A DNA stretch of 61,203 bases, the filler included, from Nemertoderma westbladi (lineage: Eukaryota; Animalia; Xenacoelomorpha): the NCBI GenBank assembly GCA_032718475.1. It is 2 parts of 2 records of this genome, joined end to end, with 100 filler letters (N's around TTAATTAATTAA, not from the genome) between each part and the next. Parts side by side here need not be neighbours in the genome. Positions count along the whole stretch, not along the records: positions 29,606 to 61,203 come from JAUCBJ010008020.1; 1 more part is not named here. One strand, written 5' to 3'. Below, piece after piece: positions 40,201 to 53,034 of the stretch. The position numbers were made by a program, and so were the translations under genes. Every line of letters begins with the position of its first letter. The stretch's first letter is position 1. Under the pieces are notes generated by a model. The model saw nothing but the letters and a program-made list of their open reading frames with translations. It did not search any database and was not told where the DNA came from.

Positions 40201-40804
40201 GTGCATTGTACTTGTCGCTTGTACTTGACACAGTGAACCTAATCAAAACAATTAGTCAATAAACATTAACTCAATAACATAATAGCAATAGGTTACAGTT
40301 TACAGTAAAAAAAAAAAAAATAAAAAAAGTCTTATTTTTGCCATACGAAAATACCACAGGTATGGGTATGAATGAACAATACAGCTATAACTCAACTACT
40401 GCTACCGCGGTATACACTGCTAAGGCAGTAAGGCTACTGCAAAGCCATACAGCCATACCACTACCGCAAAAAGTAACTACTGATGTCTGACTGTATGTGT
40501 GCGATCCCTGCTTATAATACTTATAATAATTAATTTGACAGTTTGATCATTAAAATAATGTTGCATTGTAATTATGTAATATATATGTACTAATACGGGA
40601 TGCAGTTTTGATTGAAATACCGATATACAGTATGGCAGTACAACTTTAGTTGTACTTTAGTACAACTCCAAGTGTACCCATGCTCATGGCGTCATGGGTA
40701 CACTTGGAGTTGTACTAAAGTCCAATATTGGACTTTGGAGTCCAAAATTGGACTTGAAGTCTAAAATTGGACTTGAAGTCCAATTTTTGACTTCTCACCG
40801 ACTG
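37243..40804. mobile_element. Non-autonomous TIR element with CAGTCGG ends and 5-bp TSD ACTGC (left end also at 30999)
   Basis: ACTGC|CAGTCGGTGAGAAGTCAAAAATTGGACTT ... AAGTCCAATTTTTGACTTCTCACCGACTG|ACTGC. Confidence 0.88.
38312..39882 (+). mobile_element. piggyBac-type family B, copy 4
   Basis: Duplicate of copy 3, with the same TTAA/TTAG flanks. Confidence 0.92.
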
Positions 40805-40924
40805 ACTGCTGTACTGGTATTTTTTAATATAACCTGATTGCAGATAGCCTGACACAGTGATACGTAGGCCATGGTGATACTTACAAATTGTGTAATACCG
40901 GTACCGATCAGCCGGAACTTTAAT

Positions 40925-41769
40925 CAGTCGGGCACTTTGTCAATATTGACATGTTGTCAATTTTGACATGTTCCAAGTCAAAATTGACATGTTTTGATCA
41001 TAAATTTTTTAAATATTGTGATTTGAAAAGTAGAAAATGTTTTTTTGTAAAGAGAATATCTAGGCCTATTTTAATTAAAATATTGTTGAATCCATTGTTG
41101 AATGTATATTGTTGTTTGTAATAATTTTAATGGTATGTTTTATTGCATGTCAATATTGACATCTAACAGTCTAATGTCAATATTGACATGAACGCTGGGT
41201 TCTTATGTTCATTTCACCCCCACCAAATCTATTTAGAGGCCTTCAAGTAGCATCACAAATACTGAAACGAGCTGTCAAAACGCTTTAGTTAGAGACATTC
41301 TTGCTGCATTTTAAATACTGAAAAGAGCTTTTGAAACTATTCAGGCCTTCGCGCAGCATGTTAAATACTAAAAAAGAGCTACTAAAACTGTTCACTGCAG
41401 TAGTTATATACAGTTATAGTATAGTTTATAGGGTGGCGTGGCCTAACCCCACACTTCTGTTCTCATCATTACATGTCAATTTTGACATGTATGTCAATTT
41501 TAACATGATAAAAACTTTAAGTATTTATATTAACTAAACGGCACGGTGAATAAAATTTCCGCACGGTCAAAAGTTTCTAATTTACTTATAATTTCGATTT
41601 TTATATTTAAAAAACACGTCTGGAAATATTTGAACACGTCAGGTCAAAAAATGTCAATATTGACATGTCCATGTCAATTTTGACATGCCCCATCCTGGAG
41701 AAATTAGCTTTAGGCCTACCTGTCAATATTGAGATTGACACATGTCAATATTGACAAAGTGCCCGACTG
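40925..41769. mobile_element. MITE with CAGTCGG ends and 5-bp TSD TTAAT
   Basis: TTAAT|CAGTCGGGCACTTTGTCAATATTGACATG ... CATGTCAATATTGACAAAGTGCCCGACTG|TTAAT. Confidence 0.92.
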
Positions 41770-41793
41770 TTAATACAATTACAATAATTACAT

Positions 41794-42427
41794 TGCTGCA
41801 TTGTAGCCTGTATGGAATCCATCCAAAAAGTGCGCCGGATAGCGCGCCGACCAATTTTTATGCGCGCCGCGCGCCGATCTGCCGATGCCATTTCGAAGAA
41901 AAACCCCGCGCCAACTAAATTTTTAAGCACGCCGATGCAATTTCGAAGAAACCCCGCGCCAACTAAATTTTTAAGCGCGCCACACATTGAAACAATTTTG
42001 AAGAACGCCATGCCAATGCAAATTCAATTTGAGGGAGTGTAACCAATTTGTCAATGTCAGTCAGTACTGCTGTACCAGTCCCTGATGCCCTATATCTGTA
42101 TACAACAGTAGCCTAACCATTGAACCATACAACAGACAGAAAAAGAAAGGCGAGCAAAGCGAGCCGAAATTTTTAAACAGCTAATGCTATTTTTAAGGCA
42201 CTTCCATAATTGTTAAACCTGTAAACTAAAAAATCGGCGCCGGTTTTTATTTTTGGGAGCGCCACGCGCCAAAGCTGAAAGCCGGCGTGCTTTACGATTT
42301 TCGAGCGCGCCACGCGCCAAAGTCAGCACGCTTTACGTTTTTCGAGCGCGCCACGCGCCACATTGGCGCTCTTTTATTGCAAAGTGCGCCGGATTAATCC
42401 GGCGCAAAGTGTATGGATTCCAGTCTG
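41794..42427. mobile_element. GC-rich hAT-like MITE, degenerate
   Basis: TGGAATCCAT...GCGCCGG and CCGGCGC...ATGGATTCCA inverted ends; GCGCGCC subrepeats; GCATTG(TA) on both flanks. Confidence 0.5.
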
Positions 42428-44247
42428 GCATTGTAGCCTCCACAGCTCCAGGTAGACCTGTACTGCTGTCAGGCTGTAGGGTCAGAGGGTAGGTCAGAGG
42501 GTAGGTCAGTAAGTAATACTGAATAGGCTGATAGGCCTACTGTAATACAGTAATCTGGTAATAATGTCGCAATTTAAATGCAAAGATAGTACTGGTACCA
42601 GTAACTGCGATTTTGAATGCGTTAGCCAACTGAAGTATCACAATCAGGCAATGGGCAGATAGCAGGATAGGGCCTAGGCCTATACTAAATTCTACATCCT
42701 GACATCGGATGAGATATGGAAATGGTGGTGTGTCCATGGCATTGGGCCCCCCGAACCGCCATCATGCACCGAATGTGGTAGGCAGTTGAGTACTACAGTA
42801 CTACCACGAGACGATCACGTTCGAAATTACGTCCTGTCCTGATGTAGGCCTATGATATACTGTTAATCGCTGCTACAATAGGGCCTGTCCCAAGCGAGGA
42901 ATCAAGAAATCCGCATCTTCCATCTTCCGGTGATGACGTGTCCTATCTGCAGATCTGGATCTGCCTATCTTCTGATCTTGGTGAAGGTGGTCGACTTGAC
43001 CACATGGCTGCCTTTTCGTTGTTGTGGTGTGTGTGCCACGGATGGGCACCCAACTGCCCAAGGAGATTGAGTCGGAGCTCGGCATTAATGGTTCTACCGT
43101 AACACGTAACGGACTATATTACTTTTGTTACGGGGTATGCGTCAGTATACAGTATACAACTCTGCTGACTACGAAGCTTCAGAGGGTACGTCAAAACGGA
43201 AATACCACCGAGGAAAACGTACTGACGTACTGTTAAAACTGGCGCCCAGCCCAGTGGACCTGGTGGACTGGTGGATGCACACGAGTATCGCGCTATCTCC
43301 AAGCAAGTCGACATCAGGTATAGCAGAAAGTCGCGGAAGTGTTTTATTCAGTACTGCAGTATATCCCGGCTAAACCCTTGAGTTGGTACTCTTCGTTTTC
43401 TATGAGAAAAATACATCGGTCATGTAAACATTTACTTGAAGGCACACTATATGCTATAGCACTATGTTCCGATATTTATGTTTCCGCAAACAATTTCACT
43501 GGTGATCGTCTGTCTGCCTGAGTTTGGGACCAATCAGTCGGGGAGAAGTTCAAATTTCAACTGAGTTGAAAAGAAGGCGCAGAAGGGCCCCAAGACGTCA
43601 CAGACAGACAGAAGGGGTGTTATTTATTGTTTTTATGGATGTAACTCGAAAAATTAACCCTCATTACCGACTGACCGATGGAATAAAAACTTTCACCGTC
43701 GGGAATACTTTTTTTAAAAACATTTTAAGGGGTGGGGTGGTGCCTCTGGGACTGGGACTAGGGCGCTCAATGGCAGAATGGAGTAGTGTGTACTACTGTA
43801 CTACAACAACAACTGTCTGACTGTATAATGTAGGTAGGTAGGATAAAAATATTGTCAGTCAGGGGGGATTGGTCATTGTCAGTGTCTCGAAGGTCTCCTG
43901 TGTAGAGTGCAGTGAGCTGTAAATAATTGGCACCTATCTGGCCTTAGGCAATAGGGAGCGTTTTGAGTCGCATACTATTAGGTCGACTCTCTGATTGATC
44001 TCAGAGAGGTTCTGGTTGGACACGATCTGGCTGGTAAATTTCATCTGGCTGGAGTTTTGATTTAATTATATTATTTACAATAACTTCTTCATACAAGCTC
44101 TAAATGTAGGCCTATTGTACAAGCACGTCAAGGTGTAGAATTTGAAGCCGGTTCTAATGATACTAATATCTCCGTGCCCAAATTTTATTGAGAGTGCCCA
44201 TTTAAATTTCAAAATTCCAATGATAAGCTACGGGGATTTCCACTTAA

Positions 44248-45867
44248 GGGGGGGGGGGGGTACACCCCCCTATGGACCTTTTTTGCAAATGGCTATAATT
44301 TCTGCTTCTGTGTAGTTTTGTATATTTTATACCTTTCGGGGGATTAACATATGGCCAAAGATTGGGTTCAAAAAAAAAATTTCAAATTTGAGTGGCCCTG
44401 TCTTTGTTAATTTCACTAAAAACACTACTAGTTTCACAATTTTGGGCGAAAAATTTCGAAACTTGGTTTTTCTGAATCAGCATCCTCGGCTCCACAAAAT
44501 TATTGGTTACATTTTTTATTTAGGTCTTAAATATTTTTTAAATATTATTAACTAATATTAATTATTACTTAATAGATATTAACTAATTTCAAGAAATTAA
44601 TATGGCACAATTCAAAATTCTAACCGATAACTTTTGATCAAAACCCAAAAAGAAATCAAACAAAAAACAAATTTCGAAAATTGGTTAAGAAATGGCCGAG
44701 TAGTAGTATTTTGAATGTGAAAAATACAATTCCGAGATAAACGCATTTAAAGTTTAAGAACAATATATTTCAAATATTCCCGTTATTTTCAGCACTGGTC
44801 TCCTTTTCTTTTCCCATTGGCAGATTGGTTATCCCCTATCCATATTTTGTGATTTCTCAATCGATTTCGTGAAATTTAGTTCAAAAAAAACCCTACCCAC
44901 TTTTAACAACCTGTTAAAATAATTTTTGAGTGCTTGCCAAAAACCACTTCGCGCAGCACGTGAACAAATTTTTCATTTTGGCCTATTGATTTGATCGCAT
45001 ACTATTTCGTCATTTAGTAATAAATAGTCATGGAATAATGAGACAACCTTAAGAAACATTCAAAATTATATAAAAATTTCCACATAATTTTATAATAAGC
45101 CTTTACACAGAACATTAAGCTTTGCGCAGCACGTGAAACCTTCACGCAGCACGTGAGACATTTGCGCAGCAGGTGAAGGTTTCACGTAGCACATAAATTA
45201 TTCACAAAGCACGTTAATTAATCGAGCACCTCGGAAAGCTTTTTGATCAGAGTAAGAACCCTTCACGGGGCACATGAAAAGTTCATGCAGCACATGAAGA
45301 CTTCGCGCAGCACGTGAATTACTCTCAGAGCCTGCGGAATTAAAAAAAAATAAGTTTATGGTTGTTTCCCAGAATTATTATTACTAGCTATTGTTATATG
45401 ATGGTTCACATTTGTTATTACTAGTAGACAACTAGTCCATTAGACAACTGTTCAATAAGTAATACAAAAATCACAAATATCTATTAAATATATATTAATT
45501 AAAATTTGACGGACATGTTGACAGACAGACAGACATACAAACAGACAGACAGACAAACTGAGAGACAGACTGACATACAGACATAGTGATTAGATAATTC
45601 AAAATATGAAAACAGACATCGACATTAAGAAAAATCCTAACAGCAAACATTTCAGATTGCTTATTTTATGCTCTTTTTAATATTTCGATGGACCGACAGA
45701 CAGATATACAGACGGAAAACCAGCCATTACTCGAGAAGTAAAAGAGATCTCGCAAAGCCGTTTCCAGATTTGAAATCCGCATTAAATTCTACTCTAGATG
45801 AAATAAAAAAACAAAAAACGAAAATTTTGACCTGAGGGGGGGGGGGGGGGTGTACCCCCCCCCCCCC
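44248..45867. mobile_element. Kolobok-like non-autonomous element
   Basis: TTAA|G(n)TACACCCCCC ... GGGGGGTGTAC(n)|TTAA: GG..CC termini with TTAA TSD. Confidence 0.75.
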
Positions 45868-46628
45868 TTAAAAACTGCAGAATCCAGCCCCCATCTGGCT
45901 GTACAAAAGACATGAACTGGCTGACTGTACCTTTACTGCATTACCGATGGAATAAAAACTTTATCCATCGTGAACACTTTTTTTAAAACAATTTAAGTGA
46001 TTACATCTGTACATGGATTACATTTGCAAATTAGCTGAAATACTACAGGAATTTATAAGATGTACGGTATTTAATTACCGCTGAATGTCATAATTATTAT
46101 ACCTGTATATACAATGGAATACCGGTACCAATAATGGATTCCAATTCCATATTTCAGTATTTCAAAAGCAGAAAAGCTACTCCAAAAGTTGAATTTTTTA
46201 AAAAGTTGAATTTTAAACTCTTCTCCAAAAATTGAATTTTAATAAAAAGTTGAATTTTAAAAAATAAAGTTGAAAATAAAACTTCTCCCCGACTGCCAAT
46301 AACCAACCTTTCTGTTGGTTGCAATTCGCAATTGACAGAAGTTGTGGCATGGCAACGGTGAAAAGAAACACAGATCCCCGAAAAGCTTTTGGGTACCTCC
46401 AGAAAGGCCCATGAACTTATTTTGAAGGTCGTCAACTCTGGGAATTCGAAAGACCATAGTCAGCTGGAGTTTATGACTCGCCAACTTGAAGCACAATGTT
46501 CGAACTTCGAAGACATACCGTCTGACCGTACTCAAAGGTTGATTATATGATTGCAATCTAAGGATATCCATTAAGTTACCGCACCGGATTCTGCGGACTA
46601 ATGCGATATTGCCTTCAGAGCACAAAAT

Positions 46629-48627
46629 CAGTAGGGTTCCCTATCCCGATCGGGATATATAAATATATCCCGATCGGGATATACACATATAAGGTAATAT
46701 ATCCCGATCGGGATATGTCAATGTACTGTACAATGTACATTGCAGCATTGTGTATACTGTCATTTACTACTGTATATTATCAGATTATACTGTTCTATGT
46801 AAAACTACAGTATATATTTCGAAAACTAGAATGTCAATAAATATTATCAGAATGTGAAGTGAAGTCTGCACTGCAAACCAACGTGAAGAACCAACGTTTT
46901 TAAAAAACGTGAAGAAAATGAAACCAGTGAGATGACAATGGTATTGCATTTACTGTACAGATTCGTGCATGACTGCATGACACTGAATAATCCTGTAATC
47001 TGTTGTACCGGTCTGCCGTTAATTGAATCAGTTCAGAAGACTTCGGGCAGCATGTTGGATACTGAATCAATCCATTGAAACGTTTGAGACTGAGCGTGAG
47101 GCCTTCGCGCAGTATGTGAGATACTGTAACAAATCCGTTGTAACGTTTAAGAGACCTTCATCTGTTCATGCTACATGTCCCAGCGTACGTGGGGTACTGT
47201 AACAATCTGTTGAAACGTTTAAGAGGCCATCGTGAGCAGCATGTTGGAATAGTTGGATACTGAAACAATATATTGAAACGTTTAAGGGACCTTCATACAG
47301 CACGTGGCTGCGTGGGGTAGGTACTGTAACAAATCTATTGAAATATTCAAGATACCTTCGCGCAGTATATGGGATACTGCTGTACTGAAACAATCCGTTG
47401 AAACGTTTAATAGACCTTTGTGCAGCACATTGGATTCTGAAACCATGCAACCACACCTGAATTCATGAGGCACGTTGGATACCGTACTGAAACAATCTAT
47501 TGAAACGTTTAAGATACCTCCGCCCAGTACGTGGGGTACTGCTGTACTGTACCAATAATCTGTTGAAACGTTTAAGAGACCTGTGTGCAGCACGTTGTTT
47601 AATATTACTGTAACAATCTGTCAGTCTGTTGAAGCGATGTTGCAGCATGTTGGATACTGAAACAATCTATTGAGAGTGAGACCTTCGCGCAGTATATGAG
47701 ATACTGAAACAATCCGTTGAAACGTTTAAGAAACCTTCGTGCAGCACGTTGGGTACTGTAACAATCTGTTGAAACATTTAAGAGACATTCATGCAGCATA
47801 TTGGATACTGAAACAATCCGTTGAAACGTTTAAGAGACTTTCGTGCAGCGTGATGGAGTAACTATAACAATATGTTGAAACGTTTAAGAGACCTTCGTGC
47901 AGCATGTGGGGTACTGTAACAATCAGTTGAAACTTTTAGGAGACCTTCGTGCAGCACGTTTGATGCTGAAACAATCTGTTGAAATGTTTAAGACATCTTC
48001 ATTCATCAGTTCATGCAGCACGTTGGATACTGAAACAATATATTGAAACATTTAAGAGACCTTCGTGCTGCATACAGGCATATGGGATAAAGTAAACTGC
48101 AGAACTGTGTTCAATCTGTTGAAAATCCATAGTGCAGTAGTGGGGGCTAGGTAGGCAAGACAGATACAGTACTAGACTGCTAGGTGTACTACACACTAAA
48201 CTGCAGTATTCTCTGTCAGTCTGTTTGTCAGTTTGTAGTCTTGTTCTGGTAGTAGTAAGAGTAACTAGTGACACACACAGCACACACACCCTCTGCCCTC
48301 CTAATCCAGCTTAATGCTGTTATGGTACACATACCGGTATACATTATTTAAAAATATACAATAATCCCATGTCTCATGATTAGCCTACCACAATATATCC
48401 CGATCGGGATATTTACAAAATATATGATTTTCACTCTGCGATATCTTTTGAAAACCCTAACACCACTTTGCGGGGTACAAACGAATATAACCCATTTTTT
48501 CTGATCTATCTGCTAGATGGCGCCATTTGGGTCGCTTTTTTATAGTTTTCGTCGCTTTTTGGAAAGTTTGAATATATCCCGATCGGGATATATTCATATA
48601 TCCCGATCGGGATAGGGAACCCTACTG
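46629..48627. mobile_element. Non-autonomous TIR element with CAGT ends and 5-bp TSD AAAAT
   Basis: AAAAT|CAGTAGGGTTCCCTATCCCGATCGGGATATAT ... ATATATCCCGATCGGGATAGGGAACCCTACTG|AAAAT. Confidence 0.92.
47035..48075 (+). repeat. Degenerate ~52-65 bp tandem repeat inside the element
   Basis: GATACTGAAACAATCCGTTGAAACGTTTAAGAGACCTTCGTGCAGCACGTTG-type units. Confidence 0.88.
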
Positions 48628-48940
48628 AAAATGCGCTCTTTAAAACAGGATGTTACAAGCGATCCCCTCCGTTAAAACTGCGCTAACTAACAGCCCTTCA
48701 CGTGTATCTAGATGTAGGCTATCTATACCAAATACCTCTACGCAAAAGTTATTCCCCTTTTCTCGTAGGTCTATACTGTTACTGTACTGCAATAAGCCTA
48801 CAGCAATAGCAGAATAGGTCAAGTGGTGTTACTGGAGTATAGTACCGGTGTAGTATTCAGGTATTAGCTATATTATCAGATTATTGTTTGATTAAAGTAA
48901 ATCAGGAATTCGAAACATCTAAAACGACAAAGTAACGACA

Positions 48941-49523
48941 ATGGAACCATCAACTATTGAGACCTCTAGCGCTTTGGTAATTACAAAATCTATGTTCGCG
49001 AACATCTGTTCGGAAAATGAGGCGTTTGTGCGGACGTTTCTCGAAGAATACCTGGACGCTAACTCGAGTTTTCTTGACTCTTATGTTGTTAATAACTGTA
49101 CGGCTGCTCATATTACTGAGTGGCTGCATCTTTTACTCTCCTCTGGGTCTAACAACGCCGCCACCACTTCGGCTTTGCCCCACAACCCGACCCAATCACC
49201 GGCCACTGTCTCAGCTACCGGATACAGGGAGACCAGCACACCCTGCAGTATGCCGCAAAGTTCATTGAGTACATCGGCGTCGACACCTATACAAGACCCG
49301 GAATTCCCATCAATTAAGATTGAACCAGAGAACGAGCTGGAATATAAACCCGACATAGGTGAGGTTGGTAATGGCTTGGAGGAGTTGTTCTTCGATATAG
49401 ATGTACAGTATGGAATTCTTCCAGACACTAACTCCTCGGCCTCCCACACGGCTCAGTCTGTAGGCCATTCCAACACATACAACCTCCGGTCGTGCACTAA
49501 CTCAACAACAATTTCCGATAGCG
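48941..49523 (+). CDS. C2H2 zinc-finger gene, coding exon 1 (helical N-terminal motif, S/T/P-rich linker, IKIEPE motif)
   Basis: ACAATGG start context; 583 nt open; G|GTTAGT phase-1 donor compatible with exon 2. Confidence 0.75.
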
Positions 49524-51661
49524 GTTAGTTACCCTTTACTTGTCAGATTGTGTTTTTTAATCTCTATAAAATTATGAACGTCTGTTTGTTTGTTTGTCAT
49601 CTAAAGGCTTTCAAGCGGGTATAGTTAATACTTTTTTTTTCAAGATGTTCACTGAAAAGTTTCTAAACGGTTAGAAAGAATTGAGAAAATCTAAATTTTG
49701 TTTAGGTAACCAAAATAATTTGCCCAATGGCGAATGGAATCAAGAAAGTAACAAGGAGGCCATGCAATACTGTTGTATCACTTGTTTTCTACTATATTTT
49801 TCCGTATAGTTACATCCTGTAATCTTAAATAGGTACCGGTACCATCGAAATATTTAACTAATTAATTAGACCTACCTGGACCTGCCTATCGATAATACTG
49901 TATTTTATACAGCTTTGGTAAACTAAAGCCATCTATTGGGAAGGACCAATCTATTGGTGATGGTCACAGCAGAACATTTTGAGATAAATGCGTTTATAAA
50001 GTTTTTGTTGTTGAAATTTAAGTAAATGCTTATATTTTTCTAGGGAAATTTGATTCAAATTATGTTCACAATTGTCAATTAATTTTTGTACCTCAGTATC
50101 AATCGTGTATTCTGTTGGCAGATTATAAGTAATTTTATTTTATCATAATTAATTCTTTACCAATAACAGCATATTTAATTCGAAGGACATAAATATAGAT
50201 AGTATAGTATTATAGAGAGAGAGGGGATAGATAGTATAGTATTTATGCCATGCAATTACATTTTTATCAGATTTAGAGTGTCAGGATTCGATTTTGGTGA
50301 AGGAACAGTGAACTTAACAAAAATTATATATATGGCTAATGTTAAATTCTGATGTATTGTATAATATGTGTTAATATTTGTTTAAATTTCTTATTTTCAA
50401 TTGTTAGTTTTAGAAATATTTCTAAACAAGTTTAAAAAATGTAGAATTCACTATATATATATAAATATTTAATATAATAATATATATATAATATAATATA
50501 ATATATATATATATAGATATAAATAACCATACATCTTTATATTAAACACATAAAATAAACACTTTGTGGGAATGGGACACGCGAGACGCGAATCGACTTC
50601 TGCTATTTTTATACAGTGTGAACTTAATAATTAATAACAGAAATAAGAACCAAAATAATCGATTCCTTTCTTGTATAGTTGACCACCAAGTACTGCTTTA
50701 CTGTTTATCCTGATTAGTCTATGTAATAAAAAAATATAAATTCGGTTTGAAAGCCAATAAAGTTTTATGTTCATCAGCCCGCGAGGGCGGGTATTCCAGC
50801 TAGTCATAAATAAACGTGGGCCTGTCGCGTGTTGCATATATTATGTATTATTTGGAAAGTCTGGAACTGGATTATTAATGGGGAAATTTTTTGAGCTTGT
50901 TAAATGATCATGGAATGACTCCCACAATGGGTGGTCTACTTATTTTCTGCATTAAACCCTTTCAACACCGTATGTAGAGGGGAAAACGCGTTATACAACC
51001 GACGAGAAGCAGTAGCTTCCTTAGGTAATGGCAAATAGAGCCGGTATTACCTAAAATAGGAAATAGTCTTAGTAGTTAGACCTGTTAACTGCACACCCGG
51101 TGCAAAAATGGAAATATAATATGCATTATTTTGGAAATAATAACATCCAGCCCCGAATAGATCTATTTGTTTATTTATTGTTATAGTACAAAATCCGTTC
51201 AAAAAAATGTTTCAACTTATGAAGTTTTTCCCAATGGGGTCATTCTCTTCAAAAGTGGCCAAAATTGTGCTCAAAATAGGTCGATTTTTTTTCTCTATAA
51301 TGCTGTCAGACTATATATCACTATAATCGAAATTTTGCGTGGATTTCGAAAAAACACATGTCCCACCTTAATTCGAATTAGGTAAAACGTTATGGACAAA
51401 AAACAAATGTCACGGGTGTAATGGCAATAATTTACCTAGAATATATTGGTGGGACGAAGGGAGGGAGGGGGGGGGGGGGGGGTATAAATGTCACATGAGT
51501 ATGCTGAGTATGAGCTGTAGGCTAATTTATAACTTACACGGGAACTTTACAAATTATTATAAAAATTTTTACATGTAGGAAATATAAAACAGTCATTTGA
51601 CTGTTTAATATTTCCTACACAATTAATACTCGTAGGATATCATCATTATCATCCACATCAT

Positions 51662-51785
51662 TCAGGGTGTTGAACGACCCTGGAAAACCTTGAAAAGGCA
51701 GGGGAATCTTATATCCTGGGAAACCTTGGAAACGAGTAAACGACCCCAGGAATAGCAACAAGAACTGGAATGTTTTCAAAATTTT
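51662..51785 (+). mobile_element. hAT-like terminal fragment in the zinc-finger intron
   Basis: CAGGG start with CCTGGAAAACCTTGAA-type subterminal repeats. Confidence 0.4.
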
Positions 51786-52082
51786 GAAAAAATTAAAGAT
51801 TTCCCGGCAATTAGTGCAAAATTTCCTTTCTCACTTCGCTCGCATTCTCAGCAGGTCGTACAATTATTGACCTCCACCTGGTTGACAAATTACACGAACC
51901 AGATCCTACTATTTACAGCCCTTAGATCATACATGTTAAACTTACCGGATAACACATTTTATACCCAACCCATTGTACAACATTACTATTTTAAAACAGT
52001 ATGCGATATTAAGTACTTATTGCAATACTTATATAATATTCTGATTCTTCTCCCTTATTGATCCATCAATTACCTTTTCTAG

Positions 52083-52921
52083 GCGACCAATCACAACCAT
52101 CCCCTGATGATTCAGACATGCTCACTTCCGAAGATGACGTACAACCCGAAAGTATGAATAGTTCCTTTGACCAACCGGGTCCCTCTGGGATCCAACCCCA
52201 GGATATTGTGAAAAGAAGCCGCACCAATGAGAACCCCTTCAGCTGTGATACTTGTGGTAAAGCGTTCCGAAGTAACAGCCACCTAATTAGTCACCAGCGG
52301 ACCCACACAGGTGAGCGTCCACTTGAATGTGGCATCTGCAATAAACGTTTCTCTGAACCCGGCAATCTAACCAGGCACAGACGAACACACAGTGGAGAGA
52401 AACCGTATAACTGCAACGTGTGTGAGAAAAGTTTCTCTCAAATAGGCCACCTAGCTGCGCATAGGCGAATGCACAGTGGGGAAAAACCGTACAACTGCAA
52501 CCTTTGTCAGAAAAGGTTCACTCGACTAGATAGCCTAACAAAGCACAAGAGAAGTCATTCCGGAGAGCGTCCGTTTGTGTGCGACACGTGCGAGAAGGAA
52601 TTTATGCAGAGCTGGAGTCTAACGTCCCACAAAAGAATTCACACAGGAGAGCGTCCGTATGTGTGCGAAACGTGCGGGAAAGGATTTATGCAGAGTTGTG
52701 GTCTAACATCCCACATAAGAATTCACTCAGGAGAGCGTCCCTATGTGTGCGACACGTGCGGGAAGGGATTTAGCGAGAGGGCCAGTTTAAGATCCCACAA
52801 ACTAATTCACTCGGGCGAGTGGCCCTATGTGTGCGACACGTGCGGTAAGAGATTTAGGCAGGGCAGCAAATTAAAAAAACACAAGGGAACACATTCCGAG
52901 TCACGTCCTTTTAGCAGTTAA
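52083..52921 (+). CDS. C2H2 zinc-finger gene, coding exon 2: eight tandem Kruppel-type fingers
   Basis: ccttttctag|GC acceptor (phase 1); eight CX2CX12HX3H repeats with (T/S)GE(K/R)P linkers. Spliced CDS is 1422 nt (473 aa). Confidence 0.95.
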
Positions 52922-53034
52922 AGGTTTCTCGCGTTGACATCAGGTAACCCGCCACATGTGTATCCGCAGTAGATATTACATTGGATATTAGGGGTGAAAA
53001 CTAAATTACGAAGGATATATGAGATACCAATATA

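Larger units (their letters stand above)
36877..40398 (+). repeat. Segmental duplication, copy 2
   Basis: Offset of about 6.24-6.27 kb from copy 1. Confidence 0.95.

Noticed and set aside
42790-43520. GC-richer stretch with several short ORFs
   Set aside because: No recognisable domain, termini or consistent splice structure.
43760-43795. tRNA A-box-like TGGCAGAATGG
   Set aside because: No B box or cloverleaf follows.
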